The notes below the pieces were generated by a model. That model saw nothing but the letters and a program-made list of their open reading frames with translations. It was not told where the DNA came from and did not search any database. Position numbers and translations under genes: made by a program. From Utricularia gibba (Eukaryota > Plantae > Magnoliophyta), in contig CM007991.1 of assembly GCA_002189035.1 (NCBI GenBank), forward strand, positions 2,170,001-2,234,000: a stretch of DNA of 64,000 nt, in the 5' to 3' direction. Positions within the stretch are counted from its first letter, which is position 1, and every line of letters begins with the position of its first letter. Shown piece by piece: positions 13,214 to 26,871 of the stretch.

Positions 13214-15784
13214 ATGTGGTATCTGTGCGTTTTCTATCACAGGCTGCTAGAGTACCGGAAGCCTGAGGTGGAGTCTCTCGCGGGGCTTTTTGGCCATGAA
13301 TCAGGCGTCGAGTGGAGGGTTCCAGAATGCTGCCATCCGGATTCCCCTTTTCATTTCGTTAATCTTCCGTCGGAAGAAATGGCCTGCAGCATCACCAATC
13401 GGAGTACGTGAATTCATGTTACAATGAAGCTATGATTCCGACTCGTGAGTGCGTATGTGTTTTTACCTGTTGTGGTTGCTGAACTCTAGCTTTCTCCGGA
13501 AACCATGTTGCATATGTAATTCATCCGGAGTTAGTTCGTTTTGATACCTTGATGGAATATTCTCGGTGGAGTCGGGCCATTTTTTAGTGATTTTCACTTC
13601 ATTTTTACTGTGTGCATCTTTTAACATGAAGATACGTGTCTAGTTTCTGAATGGAGATTTTTCAGGTATTCTTGTGAGAGGGATATATGAGATTTGGGGT
13701 GAAGGAGGCAGTTTTGAAGAGCTAGAAGAGGCCATCAACAATTACCCAGAAGAGCGAAAGTCACCTTACCTAAATCATGGTAGCACATTCAAAATTACGA
13801 TAGATAGCTTTGGAAAAGTTTTGAGCACTCAGGAGCAAGGTGATCGTCTGCATAAGTTAGAGTTCATACCTTTCAAGGTGTGTTTAGAGATTCTCAAGTT
13901 TTCTGCAAGTTTTTATGTTGCAATGTGAGCAAGTGACAAGAAATACTTAATACTGAAGGCGAACATGCTGAATTTGGCAAACTACACTGCTTTTACTGTC
14001 ATTTTACATGGTTACTCGTTAATCTGTTTGCTTGGTATCTTTTGAAAGATATCAATTTATTCTCTTTTAGAAGTCTCATTTACTGAAGTGGTTATTGATG
14101 ACCTTGATTCGGCTATCAGAGATTTTCTGTTTTGCTGAGTGATGACACACATTAAACTAGTTCAATTCTTTCAGGGGAGGGTAAATCTTCGAAATCCTGA
14201 TCACAACTTCCTTCTCATTGATAATGATGATTATGGATCTAATAATGGGCTTCCACCCATTGTTCAAAGAAGAATCTTCTTTGGAAGGGAGATAGCTACA
14301 TCAAATAGGAAGCTCTTGCAAACCTACCAGCTAAAAACTCGCAAGTACCTCGGTCCAACAGCCATGGATGCTGAAATGGCTTTTCTAATGGCAAACCAAG
14401 CTCAAGTTGAACCAGGTAAACTTGTATATGACCCTTTGTTGGTACTGGCAGCATTCTGATTGCAGCAGCTCATTTTGGAGCGATGACGATGGTTAGTGAA
14501 CTCTTGTTCTTTGCTTATTAATCCAAGATAATACTTTTTTGTGAAGCTACTTTAATGTTTTGCTATTACATGGTTTGTCCATCAGGGGGCTGATATTGAT
14601 ATTCGAGTGGTTCGCGATGGCCGTGGTCCAAATTGTAATGTTTGGACCAACTTTAAGCAGGTCTGGGTATTCTCCATCCTCCAAATGCCCTTCAATTTTC
14701 AAAGTTTCTTGGGCTGATTAAAAATCTGCGGATTACTGAAAAGCACCGAAGTCATTTGAGAGTTTACTGAGTGTGCTTTATGTTTTGTCTTCTTTTTTGC
14801 AGTATGGTTTACCCCCTCCATTATCTTTACTAAGAGCTGACAACAATGTTCCACCTTGGAGATCTGGATTAAAGGAGGTCTGCCTAGTGATGATATCATA
14901 TATTGGTTATAAATAAAGGAAAAATTATATTTAAATAGAGATAATCTTATGTGATTAATTTTCCTTAAAGAAAATAACATAAAATTGTGATAATTAAGTA
15001 TTTAAAAGTATAATATCATATAAGTAGAACATAATTGATAACAAGGATTATAAAAATGATCAATTTTCTCTCACACATATCAACATATTGTGTAGATTTT
15101 TTTATCTATCTTGTTCTCACACATTTTCTGGAACATAGCAAGAGACTGACATCCTTGACTATTTATGGCATGACCTTTTGAGGCATTCCTTCACTTGTCC
15201 CATTTCCATTCTCCAAGTTTTTCATACTTCTTTCAGGTTTTTCATGCTGTTATATGCGACCCCCCATACGGGGTTAGAGCTGGGGGCCGTAAATCCGGAG
15301 GACGCAAGCTATTGAAAGGCGTGATTGGCCCTTATACAGTTCCAGACGACAAGAGGACTGGCCACATACCATCAACAGCTCCCTACAGCTTGGCCGAATG
15401 CGTACACGACTTGCTGGACATGGCAGCTAGAATGCTTGTAATGTCCGGACGCCTGGTGTACTTCTATCCAGTGCTAAGAGAAGAAAATTCACCAGAACCA
15501 GCATTCCTGAGCACCCCTGTTTCGAACTGATCGCGGCATGCGATCAGATACTAAGCTATCGATACAGCAGGGTGCTCCTGACCATGGTGAAGGTACGCCC
15601 TTACACAGAAGAGATTGAGTTAGCTTACAGAATGAAACATCTGGAGTTCAGAGAAAACCACTTGAAGTGGTTGGAAGAGGGGAATCTGCATTCTGCAGTT
15701 TTTAGCCCGAACGACGTTCAGACAAGCAGAGAAGACGACGATAAGTTCGGCCAGAAGCCCAAATACAGAGGCAAATATGTCTAG
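13214..15784 (+). CDS. TRM11: tRNA (guanine-10-N2)-methyltransferase TRM11 homolog; apparent 1-nt deletions at about 14435-14437 and 15506-15507
   Basis: MWYLCVFYHRLLEYRKPE start; YLGPTAMDAEMAFLMAN; SAM motif DPF(V)GTGS; GADIDIRVVRDG; catalytic ICDPPYGVRAGGRK; GRLVYFYPV. Introns are GT-AG. Confidence 0.92.
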
Positions 15785-15972
15785 TGGAGGGACATCCTTG
15801 TTCATGGCCTTGCTTTTTGGTCTTCTTTGCTTATTGCCACTAATCCCATTATTCTTAAACAGTGATCTCAGGTTTAGGGAGACGTTAAGCATGATTAAGG
15901 GAGAAATTAGGCTTGGGATAAAGCTTGGTTCACAATCACAGTTGGAATGAACCAGAAGAGCATTCTGGTTCT

Positions 15973-18926
15973 TCAAATCTTGACGTTGAATGAATGCTTC
16001 AGATCCCCAACATGAAGGGCGTGCTCCCCAAACCCTACTTTCCGGGTTCCCTGTTCATCCACAACGCTCAAGTGCTTCGCAACATCCAATGCAAATTTCA
16101 CCACCTTCTCTTCTTCAACCTCCAAGTCCAGTTTCTCGAATCCTATCAGCTGTTTCTCCGGCGCGTTATGGACTCTCGGCGGACTCCAGAACAGCAGAAC
16201 CGTGTGGCTTCCTCTCATGCCCCCGGTGTTCTTCACTTTCATGTGAACCTCGAATCCCTGTGCGTCGTGCAACGCGTCGGTGTCGATCGAGATGCAGTCT
16301 GATGATTTACAGGCGTGATTGGAATCCAGTGGGAGGACGGAGATCAGGTTTGGTGCGTGGAGGATTTGGTGCGTGAATTTGGTGTAGCTTAATCCGTAGC
16401 CGAATGGGTAGATTGTTGGTCCTTTGTAGAACCGGTAGCTCCGCCCCGGGAATCCCTTAGACTGATCTGCTCTCATGCTCATCAGCGTCATGTTTACGCT
16501 ATCTGCGTATGACTGTGGATACCATGTCATCGGTAGTTTCCCACCTGCGTAGAGGAAATCACGTCATTATGGATATTGAGGTTTCAACCCATGCGGTGAT
16601 GCGTTGATGGCTCAAGGGGAAGGGATTATGCGTGTTTTTACTTGGGTTGTGAGCTCCGAAAATGACGTCGGCGATGGCGGCTCCACCGGCTTCGCCGGGG
16701 AATCCAACCCACAGGATGCTGGTGATCTTGCGGTCATCCTTCGCGAACTTGACATCCATCCCACCTCCGGACATTATGACGAGAATCACTGGTCCTTTGG
16801 CGACCTTGGCAACACTGGATACCAGAAGTTGCTGTTGCCCTGGTAGGGTGATGTTAACTCTGTCTTGACTCTCTCGTTCGATCGATTGATCCGATCCAAC
16901 TACCAGAACAACTGCATCTGCCCCGGCTGCCGCCTTCGTGGCTGCTTCAACCTGTGCAGTGGTGCAGGATACATCTGCACAGCCTGCTTCATACACAGTT
17001 GAAACGTGGGCAGACAACCCTTGCAGAGGGGTGGTGTACCGGCATGGTTTGCCTGCAGATCGAAGCACATTATGGAGGAAGAAACGAAGGATATTTGAAG
17101 AAGTTCATGAGCTTGAGAGTACCTTCATAGCTCCCGATCATTGTGTACCCGTTGTTAGCATTTGGGCCGATTACAGCCAAGGACTTGATGGAAGAATGGG
17201 ATAAAGGCAGGGATCCCACGGTGTTCTTGAGCAGAACGATCCCTTGCCGCGCTGCTTCACGGGAAAGCTCACGGTGTGCCTCTGTACATACATCTTTCGG
17301 ACCGAGATTACCATAGAGTTGCTTGCGAGGATCGCCGTCGAAGAACCCGAGTCTCATCATCGTGGCGAAGTTGTTATACGCAGCTTTGTTTACTGCTTCT
17401 TCTTTGAGTAGCCCGCGATCTACTGCAGCTTGAGCATTCTTGGACAGAAAGGAACCGCAGTTGAGATCCAAGCCTGCACCCAGAGTCCGACTCCTTGAAA
17501 CGGTATGTTCGTTAAGTACGCTCATGTATACGAATTTGTGCTGCTAACCTGAGTTTACGCCCAGAGCGACGACCTCCTCAGGCGTTTTTGTGTAGTGCTG
17601 TGCATTAAACATCACCTCAAGAGAATCACAATCTGAGACGATGTACCTGATGAAGAAGAAGACGAGATCATGATGGAATCAACCTTGCATATTCCCAGAA
17701 GGAAGATGGAAGAAATGAATACCCGTTTAGCTTCCACTGCCCTCGGATCACGCCAGCAAGCAGATCAGGATCGCCACAAGCTGCCTTGCCGTTCACCTGG
17801 TTATACGAGCACATAACACTGGCAACATTGCCTTCAAGAACGCAGCTCTTGAACGGTGGATTGAAGGTGTCGTCCAGATCCTGCTTGGAAACCTGATAAA
17901 AGAATCGACAACGAGGAGGATCATTGTTGAGCCCAATCATTCTGAATGACTCCAGGTCCCCAGACTCACCAGTGCATTGAAACTGTATCTTTGAATCCCC
18001 TTCCAGTTATCTACATCGTAAGCAGTGTAGTGCTTGCAGCAAGATGCAATCTTGAGCTTCTCCTTGTCTCCATCTTCCCTTTCTTGCAGTCCCCGGACAA
18101 AGGCGACGCCGTATTTGCTCGCAAGCAAGGGGTCTTCTCCCGGCGTCTCCTGTCCTCGTCCCCATCGAGGGTCGCGGTAGATGTTGACGTTCGGCGACCA
18201 AAACGTCAGTCCAGCTAATCCAACGTTGTACATTGCCCTTGCCTCAGTTGAAACCACCTTCCAAAACATGAATGCCGGAACAATTGTGAGGTACATTTCT
18301 TAGTTACCAAGTAGCCCTTATCCTGTACACTACAGATCACCATTGATTTGGGTCTGAATAAGGAAACTTTGCCACATTTTGTGTGCAAGTAGGTGACCGA
18401 TTAGATCTGAGGTTTGAAGTGAAATGCTCATAACTTGAGCGGCCACTAGTTTGTCTGAAACAGAAACACTGAACTTTTTTTATTGTCCACTACCAGGAAA
18501 GGAATAAGTTACCTTTCCCACTGCTCGAAAGAGGGACTCATTGAAACTGGCGGCAGTAAGGATGACTTGAGGGAAGCTGGTGGCTCCGGGAACGAGGTCC
18601 GTGAACTTGACGCCGGGTCCGGTGTAAGAAACGCCGTGTAGGATCTCCGACCACCACTCGTAGTCCGGGATCCCGAGCCGGGCCACGCCCTTGGCCGAGT
18701 TCGCGAGCCAGCCGAGCTTCTCCTGCAATGTGAGCCTTTTTAGCAGATCCTCGACACGGATCTTGACGCTGAGCGAAGTGTCGCAGAAGGGGAAGCTCTT
18801 CACACCCGGATTCGCGGATACGTCGCAAGCGAATCTGGGTTGCTGGCCGGAAGCGAAAATGGCCTGAACGAGGAGTGCGGCGGCTAAAATGAGTAACGAT
18901 CGGCCGGCGGCAACAGAGGCAGCCAT
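15973..18926 (-). CDS. BXL: Secreted GH3 beta-D-xylosidase/alpha-L-arabinofuranosidase (BXL family)
   Basis: Signal peptide, then [65 protein letters not shown] (nucleophile Asp), [22 protein letters not shown] and an FnIII C-terminus. Confidence 0.96.
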
Positions 18927-18962
18927 GGAAAGAATGGGGGACGAAGATGAAGAATGTGATGT

Positions 18963-18972
18963 GTTTATATAG
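18963..18972 (-). promoter_or_regulatory. TATA box upstream of BXL
   Basis: The minus strand reads CTATATAAAC about 40 bp upstream of the BXL ATG. Confidence 0.5.
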
Positions 18973-19736
18973 GCAGAACTACGAGACCGAGCAGTAAACG
19001 GACTAGGACAAGTATTCGTCTCCCCCTACTGGTAAGACGAACCCGTGAAGTCGTGAATGGAAAGAGAGATGCAGATCCAGAGACTGAAGAAGGGGCCCAC
19101 GGTGAAAAGCTGATGATGGAGTTCCTAAAGATAATTAATGGTTTTCTGGACCTTGGGTTTCGATTCATGGGATCTGCGGGACCAATGGACGCGGGAGGGA
19201 TGGTGGTGAAGTTGCTGAGCATCCCATCACCTTCTTCAGTACCCATGGTTCTGGTTCTCTCATCTCTGTTATTCCTTTTCTTAATCCTGTTATTTCCATG
19301 CAGTAATATCCGGTAGATGGCTTCCATGCGGCGGCCGGCGTTACGTAAATGATTGGTTTATCCTTACCGGATAATAACATTAAATACCCAAACGAATGGC
19401 TTTTAATATTCTCAGAAATGTGTGTTGACCGTTTGCCCATGACGTTGTTCCGCGGAACTGGACAGGACTGCTTCTTGGTATATTTTCCTGGGAAAACGAT
19501 GACTATTCAATTCTACAAATTTCTCGGGAATCCGAAATTCCAAAGCGTTTCGCCTTTGGAGAAGCTGGTCCATCTTCAGGTGTTCCTCCGAGTCCCGTAT
19601 CCTCTTCCTCTTTTTGTATTTTTGTCTGGGAAGCGAACTGCATTGGCTGGTAGTTGGATTTCGACAAGTGGGGCTTGGTGTAGGGCTGATGAAGAATCTG
19701 GGTTTTTTAGGGAGTGGGTTTTGAGAGCCGAGGTCA

Positions 19737-22667
19737 ATGAAGACGATATCACGGTGTGGATTTATCTGGTTGCTTCTGGTGTTTGCAAGACTGTATCAGG
19801 TTTCTTCCAATGATGAAGGTTTGTGCTCTATTTTGATGTATGGTTGCTGTAGATATTTTATTCTCATGCTGTATGCAGTTCCTCTTTTAATGAGTTAGGC
19901 CTTAGTGTGCCATAGGGTTCAATCTAGATTGTGGAGTGAAATTTTGATATTTGAATCCCTTTGCTTGGCGAGCAGCAGATAGGTTTTATCTGCTTTTCCG
20001 TTAGCTCTTCTGGAAATACTTGTTACTGGCACGTTAATATTTACAGGGGATGCGTTGTATGAATTCAGGATCAACTTGCTTGATCCTGGACGTGCTCTTC
20101 AAAGTTGGGATTCAACCTTGACCAATCCGTGCACTTGGTTTCATGTGACATGTAATGAACAATATCAAGTTACACGAGTGTATGTTTTATTTTCCACTCT
20201 ACCAACGATTTAGATACCACTACCGGATATCACAGTAATGGCTGCTAGTATGTTCCTCCCTCACAGAGATCTTGGCGATAATGATTTATCTGGTAGACTA
20301 GTTCCTCAGCTTGGTATCCTCACGCAATTACAGTATTTGTAAGCCTATTCCGCAGACACGTTTATTTGAGTTTATCTCCGTTTTCATTGTCTTATACATC
20401 TTGTAGTCGACCAACTCACTTTTCCCTCTCTCGCGCAGGGAACTTTACGGCAATAATTTAAGTGGAACAATACCAGCCGAGCTAGGAAACTTGTCCAGCT
20501 TGGTCAGTTTGGATCTTTACTTGAACAATCTGACTGGTTCAATACCTACGAGGCTGGGCAGACTTCAGAACCTACGCTTTTTGTACTGTCCTGTCTTATT
20601 ATCTTTACCTCATTTCTATACTTACTTTTTCTTTAAATCTTTTCTCATTTCTCCTTCCTTCAAATATAGGACTCTTTGATGCGGTGTTTTTCTTTGTTAC
20701 AGACCTGTGCTTTGTTTTTAACTTTTGTCTCTAGCTCTAGACTGTTTGCCACTCTTGTAGGAGGCTCAACAATAACTCTTTGAGTGGAGAAATTCCCTTC
20801 TCTCTAACAGGCATCGAACGACTTCAAGTCCTGTATGCAATAACTCAGAGGATCATCTTCGTTTGTGCTTTCATTTTTTTCCCTTTTTTTTCGTGATATC
20901 ATGAGTAATATAATATAAAGCGCATGCTTACAAATGCAGTGATCTCTCGAATAATAATCTCACAGGACCAACTCCCACCAATGGATCTTTTCGACTTTTT
21001 ACTGCGCTGAGGTTTGTATATCTGAAACATGGTAGATGTTATGTTTATTACATTGTCACCGGTGAAAATCGGCCTTGTGTTTCTCTCAGTTTTGCCAATA
21101 ACAACTTGGAACCCCTCCTGTATCTCCTCCTGTTCAACCCACACCTCCTCCTCGTTCGGGTTAGGACATGCTACTTGCCTTGTCTGTACTGTGCTTTTTG
21201 TTTTCTCTATCCTTGCAATGTAGCATTCGATCAAGGCAAAGGGTATCTTGGGGTTAAGGATAAGCATGTTTGCAGTGAGCAATGGGGCTACAGACGCAAT
21301 TGCTGGAGGGGTCGCTGCTGGTGCTGCCATTCTGCTTGCTGCTCCAGCGATTGTGGTTGTTTGGCACAGAAGAAGGAAGCCACAAGATGATTTCTATGAT
21401 GTCCCTGGTTGGTTAATAATAACTTCACTCATGTTGCACTCCTGTTCTTATCATCTCTTTGTCACTGCAGCCGAGGAGGACCCTGAAGTTCATCTTGGAC
21501 CGCTTCAAAGATTCACTTTGCGTGAACTCCAAGTGGCTACAGACAACTTCAGCAACGAAAACATTCTCGGTAAAGGTGGGTTCGGCAAGGTTTACAAAGG
21601 ACGACTGGCAGATGGCTCACTGGTAGCAGTCAAACGCCTAAAGGAAGAGCGCAATGAATGCGGGGAGCTGCAGTTCCAAACCGAAGTCCAGATCATCAGC
21701 TTGGCCGTGCACCGCAATCTACTGCGCTTGCGGGGCTTCTGCATGACACCAACTGAGAGACTGCTTGTCTATCCGTACATGGTCAATGGAAGTGTTGCCT
21801 CCTGCTTGAGGGGTACGTAGCTACTCTGTCTTGACCATCTCCTTTACTTTCTGCAGAACTCTCCTCCATTTTCTTGATCCTTCTTCTCAGACCGCCCTGC
21901 AGCACAGCCCTGCCTCCCCTGGTCCGTCAGAAGACGTGCAGCATTGGGCTCTGCCAGGGGACTCGCGTACCTGCATGATCACTGCGACCCCAAGATCATC
22001 CACCGTGATGTGAAGGCAGCCAACATCCTGCTCGACGAGGACTTCGAAGCCGTCGTGGGGGATTTCGGATTGGCCAAGCTCATGGATATAAAGGAAACTC
22101 AGGTGATAACGCAAGTGCGTGGAACACTTGGTCATATACCTCCGGAGTACCTGTCCACCGGCAGGTCATCCGACAAGACGGATGTGTTTGGCTATGGAGT
22201 CATGCTCCTTGAGCTCATAACCGGCCAGAGAGCTTTCAACCTCGCCCGCCTTGCTAGTGATGATGATGTGATGCTGCTTGACTGGGTGAGCTTCGATTCA
22301 GTTGGGCTCCAATTCTCTGATTCCACCACTCACCGCCGGCAGTTGATGATCACAGGTGAAGGGTCTTCTGAGAGAGAGGAGGCTGGAAATGCTGGTTGAC
22401 GCTGATCTCCATGGCGGCTACGATGAAGAAGAGGTGGAGCAGCTTATCCAGGTGGCTCTCCTCTGCACTCAAACCTCTCCGACGAACCGTCCGAAGATGT
22501 CGGAGGTGGTTGGTATGCTGGAGGGCGATGGCTTGGCCCAAAGATGGGAGGAATGGAAAAGTGTGGAAATGCTCGAGTCGAGCCACGCGCATCCCCGCAT
22601 TCAAGAGTTCGTGATCGCCGACTCCGGCGGCAACATCCGACCGGACACTCTCTCCGGCCCTAGATGA
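19737..22667 (+). CDS. SERK: SERK/BAK1-like LRR-II receptor kinase, 11 exons; apparent 1-nt deletion at 21112-21115
   Basis: Signal peptide [16 protein letters not shown]; DALY...[19 protein letters not shown]; LRR exons; SPP-rich exon; [21 protein letters not shown]; kinase with [29 protein letters not shown]; ends LSGPR*. Typical SERK exon layout. Confidence 0.95.
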
Positions 22668-23145
22668 ACGGTGACCCCCCAAAGCTTCTCTTCTCCGGTG
22701 AATTTTCTTGTCACCACAAAGCCCTGCAACTGGATTTTTGTTTTGTGTATGTCACGTGTTTATTCATACCTCGGCCAAGTTTATCCTCAATTTTTACTTG
22801 TAAGAACCAGCCATAAAATAAAATGCAATAATCAAAATTAGAATAATATGAAAAAGGACGTCATTGCAGCAGGTTGGAATAATATCCGGCACATTCATTA
22901 CGAGGAAATTGTTAAGACATGGAAGTTGACTTGGAGACTTGGGTGCCAAATGCAATCTATCTTTGACAGTCCACGAATCCCATTGGTATACGCACGAGTT
23001 AATTACTAAACAGGGGGAATCTTTCTACAACTATGAAGCTTACTAAAATGGCAACCTCATCAACAACAAAGGAAAAAAAAAAGATTTCTGTGTATTAAGA
23101 GAGTGAAGCACACCTTCAGCGATATTCAGCCCCATCCACTGGAAT

Positions 23146-23305
23146 CAATGTTTTAAAATGATTCCATTCAATCCAATCCCATGATTTTTGAGATTTGAAT
23201 TCAATATTTTTTTGTCATATATTTATAATAAGTTTGACCCGATTCAATCTACTATAAAAAAGATTTGACCTGAATGATGGGTTGAACCCGTTTTTTAAAA
23301 CACTA
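23146..23305. mobile_element. 160-bp non-autonomous hAT-type MITE
   Basis: Imperfect 13-bp TIRs (CAATGTTTTAAAA / TTTTAAAACACTA, 11/13 match). Perfect 8-bp TSD ACTGGAAT at 23138-23145 and 23306-23313. AT-rich interior with TTTGACC subterminal motifs. Confidence 0.8.
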
Positions 23306-23724
23306 ACTGGAATAAAATGAGTCATTGTTTTCGATTTTTTTTGGGGGAGGGGAAATGCGATTTTTCAATATGTAACAGATGGATATTCTTAGGCTTATTG
23401 TCCCCCATTCATTGCCTAATTACTATTTTCTTTACCTCTCGTAAATTTTCATGCCTTGAAATTAATGATGACAAGGAAAAAAAGAGGACAAAAAGGGTGG
23501 TTAGTCAATAAACATCTCAAACACCTCATCCCAATTTAAAATTCTAATAAATAGTTTTTAGAATTTACCCAAAAAATCGTTGAAAAAGTTCTTCACTCTG
23601 CCCGAATTTCTCGCCTCCTTTGATTCTGCTCCCTACTCCCTAGCCGTCCATTCCTGCTCGCTTTTTTATCTCCAAGGATATAAACATACTTTTATGCGCT
23701 ACAAGTAACCTTTTTCCGACGACG

Positions 23725-26622
23725 ATGATGGGCAGCGGCGGCGATGATCGGAATGGGGGTGGGAGAGTGGACAGCATCACTACTCCGGATGAAAGCGACA
23801 CAAGCAGCCATCATCATGTTCACAGAGTTGGAGCCCCTCCAAAGCAAGGACAGTTTGGTGAGATCGAGTACCTGGTGAAGGAGACGTTCTTCCATGGCAG
23901 CTCTGCCCGGGGACCCAAAGGCAAGTCGACGGCACAGAAGCTGCTGCAGGGACTGGAGTCCATCTTCCCCATCATCCACTGGGGGAGAAGATACAAGCTC
24001 CACATGCTTCGAGGCGACCTGATCGGAGGTCTTACTATCGCCAGCCTGGCCGTCCCGCAGGATCTGGGATACGCCAAGCTCACCAACTTGGATCCACAGT
24101 TCGGTCTATGTAAGTGATCATGTGCCTATGAGATGTGCAAAAAATATTCCATGGCTGACCTGTGGTGTTGTGGAGTTGCTGGTAGATTGCAGTTTTGTTC
24201 CTCCCTTGATCTACTCCATCTTCGGGAGCTCGAGAGACATCGCAATCGGACCGGTGGCCGTGGTGTCGATCTTGCTGGGGACGTTGGTTTCCAAGGAGGT
24301 TGATCCATCCAACAAACTTGAGTATGAGAGGCTTGTGTTCACAGCCACCTTCTTTGCAGGACTCACTCAGTTTGTTCTTGGGTTCTTCAGGTACTTCTTT
24401 GCTGCTACAGCATCTTACCACCTTGTTCTCCTCCGTTTCTGCAACTGCATGAATAATCATATGTTTTCTCTCGGTTCTGATACCACCAACCTGTCTAGGC
24501 TTGGATTCCTGGTGGATTACTTATCACACGCCAGCGTTGTCGGATTCATGGCTGGGACGGCAATCACCATTGCTCTTCAACAACTGAAGGGCTTCTTTGG
24601 GATCCAGAACTTCACCAAGAAAACCGATATTGTATCGGTTCTTAGCTGCGTCTTCGACAACGCAAAGCACGGGGTAAGAAATCAAACCGTTACCAGTCTT
24701 CATCCTGCGATAATACTGCAACAGCCTAATCTTTAACATGACGAAACACAGTGGCACTGGGAGACCATTTTAATAGCGTCGTCATTCTTGATCTTCTTGC
24801 TTAGCTGCAAGTTCTTGGTAATACTCATTCATCTCGCCCACTCATTAATGCATGCGAGTTTTCATGAGCTGGATGTACCTTATAAAAGCTTCACCGCGAA
24901 TTCGAAGTGATAACTGGACAGTTATTCATTCCCTGTAAATGGTGCTGTTTCAGTCAAAGAAGATCAAAATATTTTTCTGGGCTGCAGCAATCGCTCCTCT
25001 GCTCTCCGTGATCCTCGCGACATTCTTCGTCTACATCACCCATGCGGACAAAAGAGGGGTTCCAATTGTAAGTTCAAACGCTAACATGTACAAATACTCA
25101 ATGCACTAACGCTGGAAAAACGTAAACTTCACTAGTTGTGTGTGCTTATTGTTTTGATATTTACCTGCGTATTCCGTCTGCGGTAAATTGAAGGTTGGGC
25201 ATATCAAGCGAGGAATCAACCCTTCTTCGTTCAACGAGATATTTTTCACTGGACACTACCTTGGAACCGGGTTTAAGATCGGGATCGTGGCAGGTCTCAT
25301 TGCTCTCATGGTAAACACTTCCTTGTACTTCTGTAAACGTTATCAGCATTCAATCTAAAATTTAGATTTTGAAAGAAGGAAAGGATAGAATACTGTTTAT
25401 AAAACTCACAGGAAGGTGTAGCAATCGGAAGAACATTTGCTGCACTCAAGGACTATAACGTGGATGGTAATAGAGAGATGGTTGCTTTTGGTGCAATGAA
25501 CATCCTCGGGTCCATGACATCCTGCTACGTTGCAACAGGTTAGCTTGATCAAATCTTTTCAACATAATAGGCTGTCTAATATCATGTGAAAAAGGAAAAA
25601 AGAAACAAACCTTGCAGAGAGAGCATGTTGGATGTGAACTAAGAGAGAAATGTTTTCTTCACTGCTAGGTTCGTTCTCACGTTCTTCGGTGAACTACATG
25701 GCCGGATGCCACACACCTCTTACAAACATAGTTATGGCATTCATCATATTCCTTACTCTGGAGGTGATCACTCCTCTATTCCACTACACCCCAAATGCCA
25801 TCCTTGCATCCGTCATCATTGCAGCAGTGCTTGGACTCATAGACATTCCGGCTATGATTCACATCTGGAAGATCGACAAACTCGATTTCCTAGCTTGCAT
25901 GGGAGCTTTCTTTGGAGTCCTTTTCGACTCTGTTGAAATCGGTATTCTGATTGCAGTGGTCCTCTCCTTTCTCAAGATCGTGCTTCAAGTAACGCGGCCT
26001 CGAATCCTTCTTTTTGGAAGGATTCCAAGGACTAACGTGTATAGAAGCATTGGGCAGTATCCTGAGGCAAAACGAGTTGCTGGTTTTGTGATCGTGAGAG
26101 TGAACTCCCCCATCTACTTCTCCAACTCCAACTTTGTTCGGGAGAAGATCCTGAAGCATTTAGCTGATGAAGAAGACCAATTTACAGAGAAGATACAGTA
26201 TCTCATCATAGAAATGTCATGTAAGTATCACGGTTTTTAAAGAGCAAGCAAAACATACCATAAGAAAATTTACTGCTGGAGTAATCCAACATTCTATCCC
26301 TGTTTTTTGACTCTTTCCCAATGCCTCAGCGGTGACGGACATTGACACAACCGGAATCAATTCCTTGGATGATGTACACAAGATCTTAGAGAGGAGGGAG
26401 ATCCAGGTGACTGACATTTGCATCCTCATGAATTCGATGTTAGTTGCTCTTCTTTATAACTACAATGTCTGATGATTCATTCAGCTTGTTTTGGCAAATC
26501 CGGGGCAAGTGGTGCTGGATAAATTGCACAAATGCAAATTCATCTCCAAAATCGGAGAAGACAATGTATTCCTCACAGTGGCGGATGCTGTTTCGACTCT
26601 GGCACCCAAGCACGAACCTTGA
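23725..26622 (+). CDS. SULTR1: SLC26/SulP sulfate transporter, group-1-like, with C-terminal STAS domain
   Basis: GDLIGGLTIASLAVPQDLGYAKL, SSRDIAIGPVAVVS, GRTFAALKDYNVDGNREMVAFG, GSFSRSSVN, YFSNSNFVREK, DIDTTGI, LANPGQVV. The exons splice in phase. Confidence 0.94.
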
Positions 26623-26871
26623 AGCCCTCCTCGCCCTTGTAACAAAACATTGTACCAGTAAGTCTTAAAATAAACTATTTAACCCCAGCAGCTACAAGTA
26701 TAATGATGAAAGTCCTTAGCCTAGTTTTTTTTTTTTTTTAATTGAAAGCCCTGGGTTCAGCCTGTGCGAAAGAGGAATCCCATTATTCGTTTACATACAA
26801 ATCATGCCCAATCTATTTGAAAGCCGAACGCTATGATCTGACCAGATAAATGGGATTTCAAACCTTATTTT

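Noticed and set aside
14883-15110. Very AT-rich block inside a TRM11 intron, considered as a MITE
   Set aside because: I could not find terminal inverted repeats or a target-site duplication.
9309-21115. Programmed ribosomal frameshifting or pseudogenisation as the cause of breaks in the GTPase, TRM11 and SERK
   Set aside because: There are no consistent slippery heptamers or downstream structures. All are -1 nt in short homopolymers in unrelated conserved genes, so assembly error is simpler.
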